DNA of 64,000 nt. Origin: an archaeon. Lineage in GTDB: Archaea; Iainarchaeota; Iainarchaeia; Iainarchaeales; CSSED10-239. The stretch lies in NCBI GenBank assembly GCA_035400625.1, contig DAOMZT010000002.1, positions 137,649-201,648 of the forward strand, in the 5' to 3' direction. Shown one piece after another: positions 55,801 through 61,822 of this stretch. The translations under genes and the position numbers were made by a program. Each line of letters opens with the position of its first letter. The first letter of the stretch is position 1. The notes beneath the pieces were generated by a model that saw only the letters and a list, made by a program, of their open reading frames with translations, did not search any database and was not told the origin of the DNA.

Positions 55801-57369
55801 AGTTCCAACATTTATTGTCATTGACATGTTTGTGTCTGTTGGCGGAGTGTGAGTGAATTTTTGAGATGAAGAAACAACATTTGCTTTTCTTAGCTTTATG
55901 AAATATTTGCCTTGGGCTATGCTTTCAAAATTAACCTTTCCAAACTCGTCAGTAACCAAAGAATCATATCTGGTATCTTGGAATTCATTATCTCCGTTAT
56001 AGATAATTAATGTTGCGCCAATTACTGGGAGATTTTCTTCATCAAGAACAGTAACATTAATGTCTGAAACATTACTTATGGTTTCTTTTTCTAAATTGAA
56101 AATATAGCTGTTTGCGTTTGGAGTTATATCTTTAGTTGTTGCAAGATAGCCTGTTGCTCTTACTGTTAATGAATAATTTTTTGATTTATCTATTCTAAAA
56201 GAAACGCTTGTTCCTTCATAACTTTTAGTGTCTACTGTCTGCAAACTGCCATTTATGTCAGTAATTAAAAACACTTGTGCTAAAGCACTAGAATTAAAAT
56301 CTACACCTGTATCAGAATCTTTAGCAATTACTGTTATGTCTCTTGTCTCTATGTTTGTTTCAGTATCTCCTGGATTGCCTCCTCCATTAATTGCAGACAT
56401 CTCAACACTCAGTTGTGTTTCCGTGTCTTTTGTTATAGTAAATGTGCTTTCTGCAGATTCATATCTTAAAGAATCATCTGTTGCAATAACCTTGTATTCT
56501 CCAATCTCGATATTTGCAAAAGATTTACCGCCCATTGTTGTTTGGCCTGAAACAACAGGGTTAATTCCATCTTCCATAGCATATATCCTCAAAGTAATTC
56601 CATCAAGATAATTTGTACCACTCTTAACTCTTATTGTTGCTCTTCCAGTTCCTGTTACTGCTGCTTTTGGCGGGACATTAACAACACCTGTTGTTTGGTT
56701 GATTGGAATACCACTGCCAGAATAATTTATTCCGATTGCTGTTGCAACCATGTTTGTACATGAAACTGGAACATCAAAATTAGCAGTACCGTTTGTTACT
56801 GTTGAAGATGTTGGCTCAATTGTTGTTCCATCTTGGCAAGTAATTGTTACATTTAGATTTTCAGAAATTTTCTGACCATTTGCACCAACAAATGTCAAGG
56901 TCTTTGATTGTTTATTTGGTAAATTAAAAATCAATATAGTGAAGTTTTGTCTGGTTTTACTTAAATCAATATCTTCTTCAAAATACTTATAGCCTGCTTT
57001 ATCAACAACAACAGAATAGCTACCATATTTATCTAGTTCTAAAGAAAATTGACCATTATTACCAGTTCTGTAATTTTGAGTAACGTCCTTATCTTTATCT
57101 TTTAATTGAAACTCAAAATTTCTTAAGATTTCTCCACCGTCATCTGCAAGACCAATTGTGAAGAATATTGCTTGTGTTCTTTCTCCAGATAATCCAAATG
57201 GCTTAAATATAAGCAACAACACAACAATTACGAAAATTATAAAAAGAAAAAAAGATGCTAGCGGATGTATTTTATCAATTGGCTTTGTTAACCATTTGAT
57301 TGGTACTCTGTTGTTTATTTTATCTAAAAATTCCTGGTATTTTAAAGCAAATGACATTTTCTTACACAT
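49888..57369 (-). CDS. Giant membrane protein, paralogue P3 (2493 aa) with N-terminal anchor plus an internal TM cluster
   Basis: ATG start. The N-terminal anchor (FLDKINNRVPIKWLTKPIDKIHPLASFFLFIIFVIVVLLLIF) is homologous to that of P1. There are at least 5 CarboxypepD_reg-like segments (e.g. INVTVLDEENLPVIGATLIIYNG...FGKVNFESIAQGKYFIKL; FDLTVVAIDESGLPVSGALVNIY...YGKAIIPMP). An internal hydrophobic block at aa ~1500-1570 corresponds to nt 52650-52870. The C-terminal ~700-aa module (49888-52000) is closest to P4. Confidence 0.9.
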   Translation of the reverse strand: MCKKMSFALKYQEFLDKINNRVPIKWLTKPIDKIHPLASFFLFIIFVIVVLLLIFKPFGLSGERTQAIFFTIGLADDGGEILRNFEFQLKDKDKDVTQNYRTGNNGQFSLELDKYGSYSVVVDKAGYKYFEEDIDLSKTRQNFTILIFNLPNKQSKTLTFVGANGQKISENLNVTITCQDGTTIEPTSSTVTNGTANFDVPVSCTNMVATAIGINYSGSGIPINQTTGVVNVPPKAAVTGTGRATIRVKSGTNYLDGITLRIYAMEDGINPVVSGQTTMGGKSFANIEIGEYKVIATDDSLRYESAESTFTITKDTETQLSVEMSAINGGGNPGDTETNIETRDITVIAKDSDTGVDFNSSALAQVFLITDINGSLQTVDTKSYEGTSVSFRIDKSKNYSLTVRATGYLATTKDITPNANSYIFNLEKETISNVSDINVTVLDEENLPVIGATLIIYNGDNEFQDTRYDSLVTDEFGKVNFESIAQGKYFIKLRKANVVSSSQKFTHTPPTDTNMSMTINVGTGTIRFNIKNINEETISFANIKLYSQIGEEIGTDQATQNGEYSKTIKADKILYAKISKEGYYDYYTELIPIISGETITKDIKLIRVGTVSTLTADFVGLFNEQNQKVEYLAQNSKFYFKFRLINPTEGTVGFRFLAGDKETAEEDIIHIRTMYDTKANVSYYSNTNLTIVTPDIRAKVIDAKFVNASVGVYELLVPVGTVQANRGQAAPIYYSVFTSTPPILDNLNSQKVYYIDTEEICSETFCLSGQYVDVSEDIVFDLEAVNNLVVNKTYNLKYVLTNAKSNVYNNNRLLIANVENTTEMFANAIDILSYNITGGRFEDSGSADNQLRNKIPFTSDYLNIPQINVYDKIEINTTIKPAVLGTSRFQNKIISNQSVVYNEFMTFNVSQQYPFTITYEPKNIVPNKPFDLTVVAIDESGLPVSGALVNIYQRRANNQQIKITSGTIRTNDYGKAIIPMPVLRTGERIIINLEKSGYFAESVEFTVEENIISLKQDNTKITDKAPFTININKTNPDGTERVLTIINNTDYPLQLKQFKDDSFNFRYSNYLNIPKLQQYLNSQVANIVIPANGEENLRIKIATSQDAEELIQTLNITGNIIGYVSVDNSQAEYPFNIPISLKVSVGEGVEEDDCLVIQGANNPWKQVVSSNDSVSFSFDIQNNCVVKGTEGQSLPLDTIRAKIVNSKDMFGSYNLTVDGKTITLSEGSYTTILKNLSPGGHHAVLTYYSQEKKFGDVETKIYINGQVKTNDGLKYVNTTRDVAFTTNIAIRKIQDCIEFYDGSKKINDMFVITKETNTGEVKELTVKNNCADLGRFRLNFCEDIETNPNAFEGCGNIKYDNLEGFNDNELRFKFGESSLVAGIKKPEVPGGYLVPVKIAILNSNDKAITTIYKNLKINVHSSKGLYMEDPFIEVDKNSSGAYNSATVKLLNHDINTTPWDYAMKKVGDTGFSKYMSKNYDYQNPGYENIKWSKFDDLVNTDVKGINTGQSIAIGTSVLAVETGIIAIFAMLSKTATFVGIITAGAGPLSIVAWTAVGLAFIGGAVAHTFYSVYKYIPEYQFANVDQIYAMPRIESDKEIIISSTDEQLEYINVFDITGARYVTYLKGKGDGYGKLVKNKTLSMAVPNCNELEHKQQFFNYGYVSEAKNCNVDFSEIKKESDKITYSVECQGGWPRKKIKLTTHTYSFCKYDEIIWPEQSGIKPLSFTISDVNDVNKLSLGDNLYKTITFYPTLDDQIEGQDPAFEGAKEIGKFRFAFISKQYPERLPISIDLEDCITDSGRSGKTGKDALPNVSFNWDWKDDKDIDKCSDGNYCDATQLSQVIVSRLINADALITKNKNNISCPRSNAQVIDQATAGTYNLTSSIPQWSGEVPANYTGIDQVRFGTDGNLTKIQVSVQNRTTAQQTGSIRIRFGEYVPKYYSNYDSVGNLVDTTITSATPEQNIQIMIPTGEDDSIDYTFTYGTEDQPIIGNNIPLTVIYSGTNAYSGEPSYTYYQTDINASIYQASVGTGCQVPATTAQFNGVDYIDMWFDANVYPNNVVNSWDKETINKLKNYLEFDAYLITDNYNQQFLNDFDKAHGGKASGSNVIAESWFSAPGAYQNGIYSPLFRDHTSFSQKYTADSQNGVNIIVPGKYRVRIDLVYNNENWRLTKDNGEIDAKVVVTFTYIRGPENDSVFYRMPFDGFVGMQNSNSYSRQNYGLGYIGDVITITRLDNKELKTEYLGSSNPKKYLNVQHNKDFFKINSNVETRGNLFTIKEKTDNQIEMIYSPSVANPVIMKVKKTNLYPFSAYYQLKNDKTGEIMFGGNSLGIWTGVSKENPRNLDFSGDYVFFKFNNFYDRQSEPDERMSNSYAIDWEDIARTGTVYLRTIFYTPYDSDNNPIKYNLISKTRGNQESVLFMNDYNQDMSTITLGNSNNKIYSLEELFKKVENKEVCVVNSDNGKTTEFYWNPKTIYETDGNMFIGEGLVEGIAN

Positions 57370-57464
57370 CCTATAAATATATATCTAAAATATATTTATA
57401 TTAAAGAAAATAAGGTATTTAAATGTATCTGTAAAGTTAAAAAGTTAATGAAAAAGAAAAAGAA

Positions 57465-59381
57465 TCATCTACATTTAGTAGATGGCTCATTATAGCAAAA
57501 CTGGTAAGCTGTAGGGACTTTGCCTCTGTCTGGTGTTCCATATAATACTAATCCATAATTAGATGTACATTTAGCAGGAACAACTCTTTTTGCACCACTT
57601 TGTTGTATAATACATACACAACCCCATTGATTTGTAGTTAGATTTGCATTACTACAAGCATCCTTTGTATTGTTTCTTGTAGAATAATATTTGCCAGCGC
57701 CCTCATTTAAATTAGGGACATCTTGTTGTGGTTGTTCATTATCGTTTGGTAATTGTGGTGTGGTTGGCGACCCGCTTGTTCCTGAACTGACATAGCTGGT
57801 CAAATCTATATCTTCATAATTTAAATGATAGCCATTATAACAGTTCTTTATTACTTCACATCTAGAATCTAAACCAGGTCTGCAAAAATAATTTAGAACT
57901 TTTCTGTTTAATTCACAATGACTGTAACTTAAAATCTCATCATTAGTTAGAATAAAGATGTTTGCATAAGCGATATTTAGTTTCTTATCTGATTTTTGTA
58001 AAAACACAACTACAAATTTCTTGTAAGGACTGTTTGGCTCAATTTTAAACTGAACTAAATTGCCATTTAATTTAAATTTTATTTTGTCCATTTTTGGTTG
58101 AGTTAATTTATAATTTATTACTGTTTCTCTAGTCTCTGGCAAGAACAATTCATAATCCCCTAAATCATACTCATAAAGACCAGGTGCATTATTTTTAACT
58201 TCTTTTTGATTTACTTCGCATGCATTAACACAAGAATTATTTACTGATTTTTTTGAAGTCGCATCTAATTCTCCATTAATCAAATTTAAGTTTGCAAATG
58301 TTATAGACATTGGGAAATATTTAATTTCAGAATCTGCTGTTTTTCGGTATTTACAATTACAAGAAACATTATAATAAGGAATTACTTCTGTAGTTTCTCC
58401 TTGATAGTAAGAGTATTCTGAATTGTTTGTACTTACAAATTTATTGATTTCTGGAATTATGTTATCATAATTTTCTTCATTTGCTATTAACATATAAATA
58501 TTTTCATTAAAATTAAAACCATTTTCATCTAATTGCATTTCTATTTTTATATCTCTACCTATATATGCGGTTAAAAGTTCTGAATTGATTACAAAATGAG
58601 GAACCTCTATATTTGTTTTATCTACATACTTGATTGGGAAAACACTTGTGCCTGTTTCTGAATTAACTGCAACAAATCCAACCTTTTCAATTAAACTTGG
58701 AGCTAATACTGCATCTGAAATTGTATTGCTATTGTCAAGTGTTTCTTCTGTAGTATTTTCTCTCGTAGTATCTACAGGTGTTTCTTCTATATCTGGTGTT
58801 CTCAAATCACAAATTGCTTTTCTTAATCTGTTTGTTTCTAAAGGTTTTGAAAATGGATATGGGTTTGGTTCAATAGCATGACCTGATTTTTGATCTTTAT
58901 AACAAACATAATAACCTGTTTTGTCATCTGTACATTTGTAAGTGAATGGATAACCACTAACTTTAATAAAACCTACATCAATACAATCTTGGGTAAAATA
59001 ATCTACTCTCGTATAATTTACAGGCCCCCTACTATTATTGGTTGTGTTATTGGTTGTGTTATTGACTCGTGGGGTGTTTCTATAGTTTGTTTCTGTTCTT
59101 TTATCTCCTTCAACTACATAGCATTGTGATGTTGTTTCTTCGCAAGCAATTATTTTCCTATTATCAAGACCCCTATATACCATACTTGCTGCATATTTTT
59201 GAGCAGGATCGAATTTATCCCATTCATAAAAAGCAGTTTGGCCTGAAAACCATGGTGCACCGCCCATTATATTTCCAAAATTATCTGCTTGCAAATATCC
59301 TGGTGACCATGCAAAAGTGAATTGCAAACAAAATATAAATATTAAGCTTATAGCAACAATTGTTGTTTTTTTAAATCTCAT
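57465..59381 (-). CDS. Secreted Cys-rich protein (638 aa), function unknown
   Basis: Signal peptide MRFKKTTIVAISLIFIFCLQFTFA. Many Cys residues are clustered at both ends. An internal region (APGLYEYDL...IKFKLNGNLVQFKI...FVVVFLQKSDKKLNI) resembles the 775-aa neighbour. Confidence 0.8.
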   Translation of the reverse strand: MRFKKTTIVAISLIFIFCLQFTFAWSPGYLQADNFGNIMGGAPWFSGQTAFYEWDKFDPAQKYAASMVYRGLDNRKIIACEETTSQCYVVEGDKRTETNYRNTPRVNNTTNNTTNNSRGPVNYTRVDYFTQDCIDVGFIKVSGYPFTYKCTDDKTGYYVCYKDQKSGHAIEPNPYPFSKPLETNRLRKAICDLRTPDIEETPVDTTRENTTEETLDNSNTISDAVLAPSLIEKVGFVAVNSETGTSVFPIKYVDKTNIEVPHFVINSELLTAYIGRDIKIEMQLDENGFNFNENIYMLIANEENYDNIIPEINKFVSTNNSEYSYYQGETTEVIPYYNVSCNCKYRKTADSEIKYFPMSITFANLNLINGELDATSKKSVNNSCVNACEVNQKEVKNNAPGLYEYDLGDYELFLPETRETVINYKLTQPKMDKIKFKLNGNLVQFKIEPNSPYKKFVVVFLQKSDKKLNIAYANIFILTNDEILSYSHCELNRKVLNYFCRPGLDSRCEVIKNCYNGYHLNYEDIDLTSYVSSGTSGSPTTPQLPNDNEQPQQDVPNLNEGAGKYYSTRNNTKDACSNANLTTNQWGCVCIIQQSGAKRVVPAKCTSNYGLVLYGTPDRGKVPTAYQFCYNEPSTKCR

Positions 59382-59398
59382 TATTTTTCCCTTTTTTA

Positions 59399-61726
59399 TT
59401 ATTTTTTAAATGTATATTCTGGATTTAACCAAAAGTTTATAGAATCCTCTGTTATATTAAAGCAGACTCTATCCTTAGTTACAAGACTCATGGTAAATCC
59501 TATGTTGTTTGTTTCTATTCCTGAAAACAAATCAGAATAGATGAATTTTCCTTGTGGATTATCTGACTTTATGCTTTTTGGAATATTATATGTGTAGATT
59601 CCATCTGATGTGTTTGGAGAGATTGGCAAATTTAATGATATTGGAGAGCTAGATGTTAATATTAGTTGTGGTTCTTTTTCTTTATTTTCCAAAAACACAA
59701 ATAATGTTTCTTTAAAAGCACCTGTTCTATTGGCAGGTTCACTATATCTCCCATTTTTATTTATATATTTATAAGTGTATCCTGATGGTGCAGTTATTTG
59801 TATTGGTCTAATATCCTTAAATATTATGTCTTCTAATTTATTATTATTTAATTTAAATGAAACTACATAACCGTTTTGTATCTTTGGCCAATCACTAAAG
59901 TCTTTATAGACTGTTACACTCTTTGATTTTTCTCCATATTTTCCATCATGTAATCTTATTGGTAAATCTCCATAATCGTAATACATTGCATTTATTGTAT
60001 TGGTGAAAAGTGCATTTTTCTTATAATCTGCATTTTCTGGCTGATTATAATAATCTAAAAATTTCTTTGTTTGATCATCAGCATTTTTCACATTATATGT
60101 TATGTTCTTTCCATCTAATTTCAAATCAAATACATACAAACCAGGAGAATCTATTTGTTTTATTTCTGAGTCTGTAGCTAATTTTATTTGCTTATCGATA
60201 TTGCTCATAAATCTAACAGATTCAAAGATTTCCTTTGTTAGCCCTGTTTCTAAGGAGCCATATGGTTTTGTATTTATTAAAACAGGAGTTACAGAATCTC
60301 CATAATAGATATCTATGTTTTCCATTAGTTGTTTTAAGAACACTAAATTTGTTGCTTTAAAATTATTATCTTTTGGCTTTGATTTTATGTACTCTTTAAA
60401 TTTAGCTTGATTATTCAAAAAAGAATACATGGATATTTGATATCCATAATAATTTGCTTTATCTGTTTCTTCTTTTTGTGGCGAGTAACTATAGTTGCTA
60501 TTTCCACTTATTATTTTTATTCTTTCTTTTATTTGGGATTCTGTTAAATTACTCAAGAAAACACTGTCTTCCTTGTCATTTAATATAACATCTATAATTA
60601 CAAACTTTCTTAATTCTTCAGGTATTTTATTTAATGTAGAAATTATTGTGTTGTAATATATTTCTGGATCTGAAGAATAAGTAAATTCAGAAGTTATTAA
60701 ATTATTTGCTTGTATATTCATTTTCTTACTATCAAAATATAATAGATAATTTGGTAATATTGCATTCTTTTCAGATTTAGTAAATGTTATTCCATCTAAG
60801 GTAATTGTTTGGCCTTGTTCTAATAATTTGCCTTTTAAGAATAATGCATATTTTAGTTGATCCTGGTCAACATAGTGTTCCCCATAATCAAATGAATTGT
60901 GGGCTATGCCTTGTTCTTCGTATGTGAAGAATAACTTATCAAATCCGTATTTTTCGTAATTTTCTTCTCCTGTTAGGCCTGTAATTGCTGTTCCGTGAGG
61001 GTTATAACATGTGCCTGCTGTTTCTGTTTTAGGTAAAAATTCAGAAGTATCTTCAGGCGTTGTTACTGCGTCTTTGTCTATACAGCCTAATGGTTCAAGA
61101 TTTACATTTAGAGTGACTGTAAAATCTGCGATTTTTTTATCAAACCACCATTTTCTTTTTTGTTTTATAGTAAATACTTTTTTCTTATTTTTATTATCAA
61201 GATAAGATTTGTTTTGTATAATTCTTTCAGAATCGTTTAATGTGGTTACTGGTCTATTAATACAAAGTTCTAATTTGTTTCCTTGCAAAACATTTATTGT
61301 AGAAATTACATTTCCATTAACTAATGTGCCTGTATCTCCTTGTTTTATATATCTGTTTGCTTCTTTAAGTTCTTGAGCATCTATTGGTATTATTATACAA
61401 GAGGTAGCATAGTCTCCTGTTTGTAAGAAATTATGTCTGTATTTTAAAAATTTGTCAGAAACAGTTATATCGATATTAGTTGATGAATAATTTAAAGTTA
61501 CTACATTTTCTGGTGATATATACATTGCATTATCATTATTATATTTTAATTTTAATCTTTCAGACAATGGTGTTTTTTCAGAAGAACAATCAAATAAGCT
61601 AATTGTTGTTTCTTGATCTGCAACATCATCCGAATTTGTGCTATACGCAAAAACAGTTGCAGATATCATAAGCAAACTAAATATTACAAAAATTGATTTT
61701 AAAAATGAAGATTTTGTTTTTACCAT
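59399..61726 (-). CDS. Secreted protein (775 aa), function unknown; its C-terminus resembles the end of the giant-protein C-module
   Basis: Signal peptide MVKTKSSFLKSIFVIFSLLMISATVFA, with SD-like GGAAAC upstream. The C-terminus ...SLVTKDRVCFNITEDSINFWLNPEYTFKK aligns with P3 (...KKVENKEVCVVNSDNGKTTEFYWNPKTIYE) and P4 (...LVTQKKACVNYDNKSFEVFYNPKEISQE). Confidence 0.8.
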   Translation of the reverse strand: MVKTKSSFLKSIFVIFSLLMISATVFAYSTNSDDVADQETTISLFDCSSEKTPLSERLKLKYNNDNAMYISPENVVTLNYSSTNIDITVSDKFLKYRHNFLQTGDYATSCIIIPIDAQELKEANRYIKQGDTGTLVNGNVISTINVLQGNKLELCINRPVTTLNDSERIIQNKSYLDNKNKKKVFTIKQKRKWWFDKKIADFTVTLNVNLEPLGCIDKDAVTTPEDTSEFLPKTETAGTCYNPHGTAITGLTGEENYEKYGFDKLFFTYEEQGIAHNSFDYGEHYVDQDQLKYALFLKGKLLEQGQTITLDGITFTKSEKNAILPNYLLYFDSKKMNIQANNLITSEFTYSSDPEIYYNTIISTLNKIPEELRKFVIIDVILNDKEDSVFLSNLTESQIKERIKIISGNSNYSYSPQKEETDKANYYGYQISMYSFLNNQAKFKEYIKSKPKDNNFKATNLVFLKQLMENIDIYYGDSVTPVLINTKPYGSLETGLTKEIFESVRFMSNIDKQIKLATDSEIKQIDSPGLYVFDLKLDGKNITYNVKNADDQTKKFLDYYNQPENADYKKNALFTNTINAMYYDYGDLPIRLHDGKYGEKSKSVTVYKDFSDWPKIQNGYVVSFKLNNNKLEDIIFKDIRPIQITAPSGYTYKYINKNGRYSEPANRTGAFKETLFVFLENKEKEPQLILTSSSPISLNLPISPNTSDGIYTYNIPKSIKSDNPQGKFIYSDLFSGIETNNIGFTMSLVTKDRVCFNITEDSINFWLNPEYTFKK

Positions 61727-61822
61727 AGTTGTTTCCTTTTTTCAGTTATTTTATTATTCATAAAATTAGTAAACATAAATATTTATTTACTTATCTGTTA
61801 AGAAGAAAAGAAAAAGAAGAAT

